Counted from the stretch's first letter, positions 21,630 to 33,272 are shown. The stretch: DNA of 64,000 bases from Polyangiales bacterium (GCA_964202905.1 CAXNJO010000001.1:448001-512000); one strand, 5' to 3'. Notes: generated from the letters alone by a model not told the origin. Made by a program: numbers and translations.

Positions 21630-22927
21630 CGCTCGATCTCTCGCGGCTCGACCGCGCGCTCGCGGACGCCGACCCGCTGCGCGTCGAGGGGCGTGTGCGC
21701 GCGCTGGTCGGGCTCGGGATCCGCGCGGCCGTGCCCGGCGTGCGGGCCCGCGAGGTGGTCGAGATCGCGCGCCGCGGTCGCGCGCCGTTGCTCGCAGAGG
21801 TCGTCGGCTTCGTCGAGGACGACGCGATGCTGATGCCGCTCGGCGCGGCGGACGACGTCGGCGCCGACGATCCGGTGCGACCGACGGGCCGCCCCTTCTC
21901 GGTGCGCGTCGGGCCCGCGCTGCTCGGCCGCGTCCTCGACGGACTCGGCGCGCCCATGGACGGCGGCCCGCCGCCCGAGGGCGAGCTGCGCGCGGTCATG
22001 CGGCCGCCGCCCGATCCGCTCACGCGCGCGCGCATCGTCCGCCCGCTCGCGCTCGGCGTGCGTGCGCTCGATGGCCTGCTCACCGTCGGCGAAGGGCAGC
22101 GCATCGGGCTCTTCGCGGGGTCGGGCGTCGGCAAGTCCACGCTCCTCGGGCAGATCGCGCGGCAGGCCGAGGCCGACGTGATCGTCGTGTGCCTGATCGG
22201 CGAGCGCGGCCGCGAAGTCCGCGAATTTCTGGAGGATTCACTCGGCGAAGAGGGGCGCCGCCGCAGCGTCGTCGTCTGCGCGACGAGCGACGCGCCCGCG
22301 CTCGTGCGCCTCGAGAGCGCCTACGTCGCGACCGCCATCGCCGAGTGGTTCCGCGATCGCGGGCAGCGCGTGCTGCTCCTCATGGATTCGGTGACGCGCT
22401 TCGCCCGCGCGGGGCGCGAGGTGGGCCTCGCCGCGGGGGAGCCGCCGGCGCGGCGCGGCTATCCGCCGAGCGTGTTCGCGGCGCTGCCCGGCCTGCTCGA
22501 GCGCAGCGGCACGGCCGCGCACGGCTCGATCACCGCGTTTTACACGGTGCTCGTCGAAGGCGGCGACCTCGAGGAACCCATCGCCGACGAGGTGCGCGGC
22601 ATCCTCGACGGACACGTCGTGCTCGATCGCGCGCTCGGCGCGCGCGGTCGCTGGCCCGCCATCGACGTGTTGGCCTCGCTCTCGCGCGTGATGGACGCGG
22701 TGACGAGCGAGCCGCACCAGCGCAGCGCGCGCGCCCTCCGCGAGACGCTCGCGCTCTGCGAGGAAAAGCGCGACCTCGTCTCGCTCGGCGCCTACAAGAA
22801 GGGCAGCGACGCGCGCCTCGACCGCGCCCTCGCGAAGCTCGACGCGATCGAGGCGTTTCTTCGCCAGGGGCGCCACGAGCGCGCGCCCTTCGCCGAGACG
22901 ATCGCCGCGCTCGGCAAGCTCGCATGA
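21626..22927 (+). CDS. FliI/SctN (YscN) family type III export ATPase
   Basis: GEGQRIGLFAGSGVGKSTLLG Walker A, LIGERGREVREF, LLMDSVTRFA, GEPPARRGYPPSVF, ILDGHVVL and SLSRVM motifs. GTG start at 21626. Confidence 0.92.
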   Translation: MTLDLSRLDRALADADPLRVEGRVRALVGLGIRAAVPGVRAREVVEIARRGRAPLLAEVVGFVEDDAMLMPLGAADDVGADDPVRPTGRPFSVRVGPALLGRVLDGLGAPMDGGPPPEGELRAVMRPPPDPLTRARIVRPLALGVRALDGLLTVGEGQRIGLFAGSGVGKSTLLGQIARQAEADVIVVCLIGERGREVREFLEDSLGEEGRRRSVVVCATSDAPALVRLESAYVATAIAEWFRDRGQRVLLLMDSVTRFARAGREVGLAAGEPPARRGYPPSVFAALPGLLERSGTAAHGSITAFYTVLVEGGDLEEPIADEVRGILDGHVVLDRALGARGRWPAIDVLASLSRVMDAVTSEPHQRSARALRETLALCEEKRDLVSLGAYKKGSDARLDRALAKLDAIEAFLRQGRHERAPFAETIAALGKLA

Positions 22928-24138
22928 GCCGCGACGCACACGCCGGGCCGCGCCTCGACGCGGACGTGATCGTCGTCGGCGCGGGGCTCTCGGGGCTCTC
23001 GGTCACCGTCGCGCTGCTCGACGCGGGGCTGCCCGCCGATGCGCGCGTGCTGCTCGTCGACCCGCGCACGACGCTCGACGGACACGACCGCACCTGGTGC
23101 TTCTTCGACGTCGCGCCGCACCCCTTCGCGGACGCCGTCGCGCACCGCTGGCCGCGCTGGCACGTGCGCCACGGCGGCCGTGACCTCGCGCTCGCGAGCC
23201 CCGGCCTCACCTACTGCCACATCCCCGGCGCGCGCTTCTACGAGCGCGCCCTCGCGCGCCTCGACGCGGCCGGTCCGCGCGTCGCGCTGCGCCTCGGCGT
23301 GCCCGCGACGCACCTCGACGACCTCGGCGATCACGTCGTCGTGCACACGCCCGAGGGCCCGCTGCGCGCGCGTCTCGCCCTCGACTCGCGCCCGCCCGCG
23401 CTCCCCGCGCGCCCGCCCTCCGAGCACGTGCGCCTGCTGCAACACTTCCGCGGCCGCGTCGTGCGCGCGGACACCGCGGCCTTCGACCCCGGGCTCGCGA
23501 CGCTGATGGACTTCGACGTCGACGCGTCGCACGGCATCCACTTCGTGTACGCGCTGCCCTTCGACGCGCGCACTGCGCTCGTCGAGAGCACGTTCTTCAC
23601 GCCCTCGCTGCTGCCCGAGGACGTCTACGAGCGCGCGATCGACGCGTGGCTCGCCGCGCGCAAGCCCGGCCACGCGTTCGAGACGGTGTCGCGCGAGCAC
23701 GGCGTCATCCCCATGACGACGGAACCCTTCGACGCCTGGCCTCGCCCGCGCATCGTGCGCATCGGCACCGCGGGCGGCCACGCGAAGCCCTCGACGGGCT
23801 ACGCCTTCCTCGCCGTGCAGCGCTTCGCGCGGGCCTTCGCACCCCGTGTGCTGCGCGCCCTGCGCGACGGCGGCCCGGCGACGCCGCCCGAGGTCCGCAG
23901 CGCGCGCACCACCGCGCTCGACACCGTGTTCCTCTCCTACCTCGCGCGACGCCCCGCGCGCGCCCCGCAGAACTTCTTCCACCTCTTCGAGCGCGTGCCG
24001 CCCGACGTGCTCGTGCGCTTCCTCTCCGACGCCGCCTCGCTCTCCGACGATCTGCGCGTCATGAGCGCAGGCGATCTCCCGCGCCTCTCGCTCGAGACCG
24101 CGCGGACGGCCCCGCTCCTCCGCAAGCTCGCGCGCTGA
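22924..24138 (+). CDS. crtY: Lycopene cyclase family protein
   Basis: VVGAGLSG FAD motif, DRTWCFF, LLQHFRG, LMDF, FVYALPF, LVEST, GVIPMT and KPSTGYAF motifs. ATG at 22924. Confidence 0.85.
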   Translation: MSRDAHAGPRLDADVIVVGAGLSGLSVTVALLDAGLPADARVLLVDPRTTLDGHDRTWCFFDVAPHPFADAVAHRWPRWHVRHGGRDLALASPGLTYCHIPGARFYERALARLDAAGPRVALRLGVPATHLDDLGDHVVVHTPEGPLRARLALDSRPPALPARPPSEHVRLLQHFRGRVVRADTAAFDPGLATLMDFDVDASHGIHFVYALPFDARTALVESTFFTPSLLPEDVYERAIDAWLAARKPGHAFETVSREHGVIPMTTEPFDAWPRPRIVRIGTAGGHAKPSTGYAFLAVQRFARAFAPRVLRALRDGGPATPPEVRSARTTALDTVFLSYLARRPARAPQNFFHLFERVPPDVLVRFLSDAASLSDDLRVMSAGDLPRLSLETARTAPLLRKLAR

Positions 24139-25215
24139 ATCACCATTCAGTCACGCACCGAACGCCACACCCCGACCCGCGCACCGCGCCCCCACGACGC
24201 ACGGACCCCGCCATGTCGCTGCTCGACCGCCTGCTCCAACCCCGCACGCTCCTGCACTTCGGCCGCACGCCCGCCTCCGACCCGCCCGCGTGGGCGCACG
24301 CGGCCGAGCCCGACTGGGTCCAGGCGAGCCCCGTCCGCATCGCCCGGGCCCTCGCGCACGCCTGCGCGCTGCCGTCCGGCGGCTGGTACGTGCTCGGCGC
24401 CTCGCGCCTCGTGACGACGGTCCCGACGCGTCACGTCGTCGATGGCCGCGAGCTCGTCGCGTGGCGCGGCGGAGACGGCGTCGCGCGCGTCGCGCCCTCC
24501 ACGTGCCCGCACATGGGCGCGGACCTCGCGTGCGGGCGCGTCGAGGCGAACAGCCTCGTGTGCCCGTGGCACGGGCTCGCGCTCGGCGACGCGCCCCACG
24601 GCCGCTGGCGCCCATGCGCCGCGCACGACGACGGCGTGCTCACCTGGGTGCGCCTCGGCGCGCCCGGCGAAGCGCTCACCGATGCGCCGATCCTCGCGCC
24701 GCGCCCGTCACGCTTCCTCGACGGCGTCATCCGCATCGACGCCGACTGCGAGCCCGCGGACGTGCTCGCGAACCGCCTCGATCCCTGGCACGGCGCCTGG
24801 TACCACCCGCACTCGTTCGCGCGCCTCCGCGTGCTCGAGGAGCGCGAGGAGGTCGTCACGGTGCGCGTGAGCTTCCGCGTGCTCGGCCCGCTCGCGGTGG
24901 AGGTCGACGCGACCTTCCACTGCCCCGATCCGCGCACGATCGTGATGACCATCATCGAGGGTGAGGGTGTGGGCAGCGTCGTCGAGACGCACGCGACGCC
25001 CCTCGCGCCCGGCCGCACCGCGATCATCGAGGCGACGCTCGCGACGAGCGAACGCGCGGGCTTCCTGGGCATGCTGGGCGCCCGCGACCTCGTGCGCCCG
25101 CTCATCGAGGCGCGCGCGCGGCGCCTCTGGGTCGAGGACACCGCCTACGCGGAGCGCACCTACGCGCTCCGCAGGGCCGCGGGCGACGCGGACAACGCCG
25201 GGCGCACGGCCGACC

Positions 25216-26708
<1,493 letters not shown>

Positions 26709-26712
<4 letters not shown>

Positions 26713-27434
26713 GGCTTCCTCGCGAGGAAGCTGTGCACGATGCCGCGCTGCCAGCCGTCCATCGGCTCGGTGTGCACGTCGACGAAGCCGTGCCGGCGCA
26801 GGCGCGCCTCGAACGCGCGCACGCCGTCGAACTCGTTCACGCTCTGGCGCAGGTACTTGTAGATGTCGGTGTGGCGCGCCGTGAGCATGCCGCCCGGGAT
26901 GATCACGGTGCTCGCGACGACGTTCCACAGCAGGCGCGTGCGGCGCCGATCCGCGACGGAATACTCGTGGAAGCAGAGCGTGCCGCCCGGCCGCAGGAGC
27001 GCGAAGAGGTTGTCGAGGCAGCGATCGGGGTCGGGGACGTTGCGGATCCCGTACGCCATGAGGATGGCGTGGTACGTCCCCGCGACGCCCGCGGCGGTGG
27101 GGTCGGTCGCGTCGCCGAGGTGGAAGGAGACGCGCGCGAGCGCGTCCTTGCGACGCGCCTTCTCGAGCATGCCCTCCGACGCGTCGAGCCCGACGAGCTC
27201 CGCGTGCGGATACGTCCGCGCGAGCGCCTCGGTCGAGAGGCCCGTCCCGCAGCAGAGGTCGAGGATGCGGCCCTCCGCCGGGGCCCGCAGTCGCTCCGCG
27301 CTCCAGCGCAGATGCTTGAGATAGCCGGGGTTCATCCCCGTCAGCAGGTCGTAGGTCGAGGCGATGTGATCGAACGCGGAGGGCACGTGGGCCTTCTCCG
27401 CACCGCGCGCCTCACTCACCGGGATCGTCGTCAT
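26709..27434 (-). CDS. UbiE-like class I methyltransferase (CrtT-like)
   Basis: ILDLCCGTGLST, LDASEGML, AYGIRNV, LRPGG..CFHEYS and GWQRGIVHSF motifs. Coupled to crtU. Confidence 0.8.
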
Positions 27435-27519
27435 GGGCTCACTCTCTCCGTCGCATGCGCGGGGACTCTCACCGGATCGCGTCGCTGGGGCCCCGCGCCC
27501 CGCACGCCACACACCGCAC

Positions 27520-28581
27520 TCAGGCGTCAGCACCGCGGGCCGCCGCGAAGGACGTGCCACCGAACGCCACCGCCCCGCCGCCCCCGATGCGCCCCACGTC
27601 CGCGTCCGCCTGCGCGACCGCGTCGACGAGGAAGCGCACCTCGCGCAGCGGCGGCTCCGCGCGCGACGGCAGCGAGGGCACGACCGTCGCCGGCAGTGAT
27701 CGCGCGAGCAACACCACCTTGCGCAGCCCGCTCGTGCGCGCGCGCTCCGTGACCGAGTCGAAGCCCGCGAGCGCGATCTCACGCCCGATGTCCGCATACA
27801 CGAGCCGCGCGGCGCGCATCGCGGTGCGCACGTCGCGCGGCAGCAGCGGGATCCCCGCATCCGCGCGCGCGTACAAAGCCTCGGCGCGGCCGAGCAGGCG
27901 ACGCACGACGCGCCCGATCCGCGCATCGAAACGCGGCGCCGCAAGGAAGGCGTCGGAGTCGATGCCCTCGCGCCGCAGCCACTCGAGCGGCAGGTAGAGC
28001 CGCCCTTCGCGCGCGTCCTCGCCGACGTCGCGCGCGATGTTCGTGAGCTGCATCGCCACGCCGAGATCGCACGCGCGATCGAGCACGCGCGGGGCCCGCT
28101 CACCCATGATGACCGTCATCATGACGCCCACCGTCGAGGCCACGCGCGCAGCGTACGCGACCACGTCGGAGAACGTGTCGTAGCGGCGGTTCGCGACGTC
28201 CCAGCGGAAGCCCTCGATGAGCGCCTCCGGGATCGCGCGGGGGATCCGGTGCGTGCGCACCGTGGCCGCGAACGCGCGATCGACGGGGTGATCGTCGGGC
28301 GTGCCCGCATACACCGACGCGAGGCGCACCGCGAGACGCTCGACGGCCGCGGATTTGCGCTCCGACGCGACGAGGTCCACGGCGTCGTCCGCGACGCGAC
28401 AGAACGCGTAGAGGGCCGCGATCGGCGCGCGCACGCGCGATGGCAGCAAGAGCCCCGCGGCGTGGAAGCTCTTGGAGCCCTCGCGCAGGATCTCGCGGCA
28501 CGCCTCGATGTCGGCGTCGCGGAGCGGCTCCGCCCCGGCCGACGCCTCCCGTGCGGTGGCGCCGGACTCAGCGCTGCGCAC
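27520..28581 (-). CDS. crtB: Phytoene synthase
   Basis: GSKSF, LYAFCRVADDAVD, YAARVASTVG and MQLTNIARDVGEDAREGRLYLP motifs. Confidence 0.95.
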   Translation of the reverse strand: MRSAESGATAREASAGAEPLRDADIEACREILREGSKSFHAAGLLLPSRVRAPIAALYAFCRVADDAVDLVASERKSAAVERLAVRLASVYAGTPDDHPVDRAFAATVRTHRIPRAIPEALIEGFRWDVANRRYDTFSDVVAYAARVASTVGVMMTVIMGERAPRVLDRACDLGVAMQLTNIARDVGEDAREGRLYLPLEWLRREGIDSDAFLAAPRFDARIGRVVRRLLGRAEALYARADAGIPLLPRDVRTAMRAARLVYADIGREIALAGFDSVTERARTSGLRKVVLLARSLPATVVPSLPSRAEPPLREVRFLVDAVAQADADVGRIGGGGAVAFGGTSFAAARGADA

Positions 28582-30169
28582 GCGCGCGCACCTCGGCCGG
28601 ATCCGGAACGATCGAGTCGAGCACGCGCGCCGACGAGAGGACGCCCGGCAGGCCCGCGCCCGGATGCGTCCCGGCGCCGACGAGGTAGAGCCCGTCCACG
28701 TCCTCGCTCTGGTTGTGCGGCCGGAAGAACGCGCTCTGCAGCAGCACCGGCTCGATGCTGAAGGCCGCGCCCTTCAGCGCGAGGTACTCGTCGTGGAAGG
28801 CCTGCGGCGTGAGCACGCGCGAGGTGACGAGGTTCTCTTCGACGCCGGGCAGCACCGTGTCCGAGAGGTAGCGCGAGATCTTCTGGCGGTAGCGCTCGCC
28901 CTCGACCTCCCAGTTGGTGCCGCTCTCGAGGTGCGGGACGGGCGAGAGCACGTAGAAGGCGTCACAGCCCTCCGGCGCCATCGACGGATCCGTCGCGGTC
29001 GGCCGGTGCAGGTAGAGCGAGAAGTCCTCGGCGAGGATCTTCTTCTCGAAGATGTCCTCGAGGAGCTCTTTGTAACGGGGCCCCAGCATGATCGTGTGGT
29101 GGGCCACCTTGTCGTACTTCTTCTGGGTCCCGAAGTACCAGACGAAGAGCCCCATCGAGTAACGCGAGCCCTCGATGCGCGTGTCCGTCCAGTGCTTGCG
29201 GTGCTCGGGCTTGAGCAGGTGCCGGTAGGTCCAGCCCGCGTCCGCGTTGGACACGACGATGTCCGCCGCGATGTGCTCGCCGTCGGCGAGACGCACGCCC
29301 GTCGCGCGGCCCTTTTCCTCGACGCCGTGCGGCGAGACCGTGATCTCCGCGACGTCGACGCCGAGCCGCACCGTGCCGCCGAGCCCCTCGATGAGACCGA
29401 CCATGCCCTTCACGAGCGCGCCCGTGCCGCCGATCGGAAAGTGCACGCCCCACTTGCGCTCGAGGAAGGCAATGAGCGTGTAGATGCTCGTCGTCGAGAA
29501 CGGGTTCCCGCCCACGAGCAGCGGGTGGAAGCTCATGATCTGACGAAGTTTTTCGCTCTTCACGTACTTCGCGACGAGCCCGTACACGGTGCGGTACGAC
29601 TCGAGCTTCATCATCTCGGGGATGATGCGCGCCATGTCCCAGAGGTGCGTGAAGGGCGCGTGCGCGAGCTTCTCGAAACCGACGCGGAAGATCTTCTCGC
29701 TCTGGACGACGAAGCGCTCGTAGCCCTCGACGTCGCCGGGCGCGAGACGCGAGACCTCGTCGCGCATCTGCGTGAACGAGCCCGTGTAGTCGAAGACGTC
29801 GCCGTCATCGAAGCGGATCCGATAGAACGGCGTGACCGGGCGGAGATCGACGTCGTCCTCGAGGCGCTTGCCGCAGAGCTTCCAAAGCTCCTCGAACAGG
29901 AAGGGCGCGGTGACGACGGTCGGCCCGGCGTCGAAGACGAAGCCCTTGTCGCGGAAGACGCGCGCCCGCCCGCCAGGCTGGTCGAGGCGGTCGATGACGG
30001 TCACGCGGTAGCCGCGCGCGCCGAGGCGGATCGCGGCGGCGAGCCCGCCGAAGCCAGCGCCGATCACCACCGCGTGCGGCGCGTCGTCGCCGCGCGGGCG
30101 AGGCTCACGCTGCGCGAGGAGACGGGTCTTGCTGGCCTGCGGGAGCTTGAGAGGAATCGCGGTCATCAC
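28568..30169 (-). CDS. crtI: Phytoene desaturase
   Basis: VIGAGFGGLAAAIRL, FDAGPTV, HPLLVGGNPF, HHTIMLGPRY and VGAGTHPGAGLPGV motifs. Confidence 0.95.
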   Translation of the reverse strand: MMTAIPLKLPQASKTRLLAQREPRPRGDDAPHAVVIGAGFGGLAAAIRLGARGYRVTVIDRLDQPGGRARVFRDKGFVFDAGPTVVTAPFLFEELWKLCGKRLEDDVDLRPVTPFYRIRFDDGDVFDYTGSFTQMRDEVSRLAPGDVEGYERFVVQSEKIFRVGFEKLAHAPFTHLWDMARIIPEMMKLESYRTVYGLVAKYVKSEKLRQIMSFHPLLVGGNPFSTTSIYTLIAFLERKWGVHFPIGGTGALVKGMVGLIEGLGGTVRLGVDVAEITVSPHGVEEKGRATGVRLADGEHIAADIVVSNADAGWTYRHLLKPEHRKHWTDTRIEGSRYSMGLFVWYFGTQKKYDKVAHHTIMLGPRYKELLEDIFEKKILAEDFSLYLHRPTATDPSMAPEGCDAFYVLSPVPHLESGTNWEVEGERYRQKISRYLSDTVLPGVEENLVTSRVLTPQAFHDEYLALKGAAFSIEPVLLQSAFFRPHNQSEDVDGLYLVGAGTHPGAGLPGVLSSARVLDSIVPDPAEVRARAQR

Positions 30170-30226
30170 GTGCTTTCGTTGGAGCCGGTCGGGAGAATAG
30201 GAGCAGCCCGCCGCAGCGGAAAGGGC

Positions 30227-31456
30227 TCATCCCGGGGAGAGCGCCCCGTGGGCCATGCGGTAGTCGAGACGTTCGCCGGCGTCGAGCAGGATGAACTCGG
30301 GGTGCGTGGTCGTGAGGAACACCTGCCCGCAGTGCCGCGCGAGCAGCGCGAAGAGGCGACGGTTCTTCGCGCGGTCGAGCTCGCTCGAGACGTCGTCGAG
30401 CAGAAGCAGCGGCACGTGCCCCGTGCGCGCCTCGAGCACGCGCAGCTCCGCGACCTTCAGCGCGAGCACGATCGCCCGGTGCTGGCCCTGCGACGCGTGC
30501 CGCCGCGCGAGCGTCTCCTCGAGCGTGAGCGCGAGCTCGTCCGCGTGCGGCCCCTCGGCCGTGAAGCCGCGCGCGAGGTCCTTCTCGAGGGCGCGCGCGA
30601 GCGCCTCGCGGAGCGCGTCCACGGTGGGCTCGACGCGCGGTCGGTAGCGCACCGCGAGGGCCGCCGTGTCGCCGCTGATCTCCGCGAAGGCTTCCGCGGC
30701 GAGCGGCGCGAGGTCCGCGACGAGCCGCGCCCGCGTGTCTCCGACGATCGCGCCCGCCGACGCGAGCAGCTCGTCGTAGGCCGTGATCGCGCGGCGATCG
30801 GGCCGCTCCGCGCGGAGCAGGCGGTTGCGCGAGCGCAGCGCCTTCTCGTAGGCGGCGGCGGCCGAGGCGTACGTGGGGTCGAGCTGCGAGAGGATGCGGT
30901 CGAGCAGCGCGCGGCGGGGCTCTGGTCCGCCCGCCGGGAGCTCGACGTCACCCGGGTGGAAGAGCACCACGCGCGTCGCCGCGTGCCACTGCGCGATGGA
31001 GCGCGGCTTCTTGCCGTCGAGCGCGAGCGCCCGCGCCCGGCCTGTCTCGAGCGCGACGCGAAACGTGCGCGGTGCGAGGTCACCGGCCACGCGCATCGCG
31101 AGCGCGGTCTTCTCGGCGGCGATGCGGTCGGGGCCGCGCTGCACGAGGTCCTCGGTGCGCGCGCCGCGAAAACTGTCGAGCCGCGCGAGGTAGTCGATCG
31201 CCTCGAGCAGCGACGACTTCCCCGCGCCGTTGTCCCCGGAGAGGACGTGGAAGCGCGGCCCTGGCGCGAGCGAGAGCGGCGCGAGGTTGCGGAAGCCGCG
31301 CACCTCGAGCGCGGTGAGCCGCAGCGCCTTGCGCGAGGCGGCGTCCCGCGGCGCATCTCGCGCTGCCGCCTCTCGCGCTGCCGCCTCTGGCCACGCAGCG
31401 CCGTGCACGGCGTCGGCGGGGTCTGCGCCTGGCGCGTCTTCGCGGCGCGGCTCCAT
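30227..31456 (-). CDS. recF: DNA replication/repair protein RecF
   Basis: FRNL, GDNGAGKS Walker A, RNRLL, GPHAD, SQGQ and LLLDDVSSELD motifs. Directly downstream of dnaN. Confidence 0.93.
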   Translation of the reverse strand: MEPRREDAPGADPADAVHGAAWPEAAAREAAARDAPRDAASRKALRLTALEVRGFRNLAPLSLAPGPRFHVLSGDNGAGKSSLLEAIDYLARLDSFRGARTEDLVQRGPDRIAAEKTALAMRVAGDLAPRTFRVALETGRARALALDGKKPRSIAQWHAATRVVLFHPGDVELPAGGPEPRRALLDRILSQLDPTYASAAAAYEKALRSRNRLLRAERPDRRAITAYDELLASAGAIVGDTRARLVADLAPLAAEAFAEISGDTAALAVRYRPRVEPTVDALREALARALEKDLARGFTAEGPHADELALTLEETLARRHASQGQHRAIVLALKVAELRVLEARTGHVPLLLLDDVSSELDRAKNRRLFALLARHCGQVFLTTTHPEFILLDAGERLDYRMAHGALSPG

Positions 31457-31475
31457 CGCGGCGATCGGATCCTGC

Positions 31476-32606
31476 TCAGATCCGCATCGGCATGATCACG
31501 CCGACGAAGCCTTCGTGCTGCGCAGCCTTGACCACGCCGGGGTCGAGCTCGCCAGAGAGCTCGAGCGCCACTTCGTCGTCCGGCAGCGCGCCGAGCACGT
31601 CGAGCAGGTAGCGCGCGTTGAAGCCCACGACGAGCGGCGCCCCGGCGTAATCGACGTCGAGCTCTTCCGAGCCCTCGCCGACGTCCGGGTTCTCGCTCGT
31701 GATCTTGAGTTTGCCGGGCTCGAGAGTGAGGCGGACGCCGCCCGACTTGTCGCTCGCGACGAGGTTGATACGCCGCAACGCCTCGTAGAACTGCACGCGC
31801 GCGACCACCACGCGTTTGGTCTGCTGCTGCGGGATGACGCGCGCGTAGGGCGGGAACTGCTCGTCCGCGAGCTTCACCGAGAGCTGCATGCCCTCGCGGC
31901 GGAAGAACGCGTTGCTGCCCGCCTGTCCGAGCCCGACGAGGTTCGGCGTGTCATCGCCCTTCACGCGTGCGCTCTTCGCGTCCTCCGCGATGCGCAGCAG
32001 CTCGTGCACGCCCTTGGCCGGCACGAGCATCGTGAAGTTGAAGAGCGCCCCCTCGACCTTGCGCTCCGCCTTGCTGAGCCGGTGCCCGTCCGTCGTCACC
32101 ATGCGCAGGATCTTGCCGTCGCCCTCGAAGAGCGAGCCGGCGAGGTGTGGGCGCGTGTCGTCGGTCGACATGGAGTAGCGCGTCCGCGAGATCAGCTCCG
32201 AGAGCGTCTCCGCGTCGACATCGACGAACTTCGTCTCACCCGGGCTCGGCAGCGCGGGGAAGTCTTCGCCGGGCATCCCGGGCACCTTGAAGCGCACCTT
32301 GCCGCAGCGGATCTCGGCGGCGTGGTTCGGGCCGACGGTGAAGGTCACCTCGCCCTCGGGCAGGCTCTTCACGATGTCGAAGAGCGTGCGCGCCGAGACG
32401 GCGACCGTGCCGCCGCGGCTCACCTTCGCCTCGGCCGTCGCGCTGATGGCGAGGTAGAGGTCCGTCGCCGCGAAACGCAGCAAACCCGGGCCATCCGTCG
32501 AGATGAGGATGTTCGACAGGATCGGCATCGAGCTCTTCCGGTCGGCGACGGCGTGCGTGATCGCGAGGCCGCGCAGGAAGGCCTTCTTCTGGATCGTGAG
32601 CTCCAT
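31476..32606 (-). CDS. dnaN: DNA polymerase III beta sliding clamp
   Basis: PILSNIL, ATDL, TTDGHRL, FPPY.RVIP, FNARYLLD and C-terminal VIMPMRI motifs. Start at MELTIQKK (32606). Confidence 0.96.
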   Translation of the reverse strand: MELTIQKKAFLRGLAITHAVADRKSSMPILSNILISTDGPGLLRFAATDLYLAISATAEAKVSRGGTVAVSARTLFDIVKSLPEGEVTFTVGPNHAAEIRCGKVRFKVPGMPGEDFPALPSPGETKFVDVDAETLSELISRTRYSMSTDDTRPHLAGSLFEGDGKILRMVTTDGHRLSKAERKVEGALFNFTMLVPAKGVHELLRIAEDAKSARVKGDDTPNLVGLGQAGSNAFFRREGMQLSVKLADEQFPPYARVIPQQQTKRVVVARVQFYEALRRINLVASDKSGGVRLTLEPGKLKITSENPDVGEGSEELDVDYAGAPLVVGFNARYLLDVLGALPDDEVALELSGELDPGVVKAAQHEGFVGVIMPMRI

Positions 32607-32689
32607 CGTCGCTTGCTCCTCTGACTCGCCCGACGTGCACGCGCTGGGTCGGGGATTAGATGCCATTCGTCGGTGGGTGCGCTCGGTGG

Positions 32690-32930
32690 GTGATGCGCAA
32701 TTCATCCACGGGGGCTCTCTGGATCGATCGATCCAAGAGATCTTTCTCTCTCGTCTTCGTCTTAACGCCTGTGGATTGTGGACAGATCCAGCCAGGTATC
32801 CGGAATCGTTGCAGAAGGAGCGCTGTCGGGCTGGGGAGGCGTCGATGGATCGATTGGGGAGGGATATTCCACAGCGTCATCCACCGCCAGATCGGTGCCT
32901 TCATCCCCTCTTTGCCCACAGGCAACCCGG
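32690..32930. other. Putative chromosomal replication origin (oriC core) in the dnaA-dnaN spacer
   Basis: DnaA-box-like 9-mers at 32702 (TCATCCACG), 32770 and 32777 (minus strand CAATCCACA, CTGTCCACA), 32865 (TATTCCACA), 32877 (TCATCCACC) and 32912 (TTGCCCACA). A lower-GC, GATC-rich tract lies at about 32720-32765. Confidence 0.8.
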
Positions 32931-33112
32931 GGCGGTGTGATGCGCCGCGGGACGCCGCGTCGCGCTCGAACCGGACCGCCCCGCCTTATAGGAAACGCCG
33001 CCGATCCACGCAAGTGTTCAGGTCCCCGTGCGCACGGGCGCCCCCGACGCAGCGCGCCCTGTCGTCGCAGTGCGACTCCCCAGCGGGCGCAGGCACACGC
33101 TCGCGGCGACAA

Positions 33113-33238
33113 CGCGGGCGCAACGACCATGCGGCCGGCGACGATGCGCCCCGCGGGCGCAACGACCATGCGGCCGGCGACGATGCGCCCCGCGGGCGCA
33201 ACGACCATGCGGCCGGCGACGATGCGCCCCGCGGGCGC
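33113..33238. repeat. 39-bp perfect tandem repeat, 3.2 copies, downstream of dnaA
   Basis: CGCGGGCGCAACGACCATGCGGCCGGCGACGATGCGCCC at 33113, 33152 and 33191, plus a 9-bp partial copy. Confidence 0.92.
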
Positions 33239-33272
33239 CGCACCGCCGCCCCCGTGGGTCGCGATGGCGCCG

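Noticed and set aside
28472..31495. 1007-aa plus-strand ORF and other long Arg/Ala/Pro-rich overlapping ORFs
   Set aside because: They are antisense or off-frame shadows of recognised genes (crtI, recF and others), caused by stop-codon scarcity.
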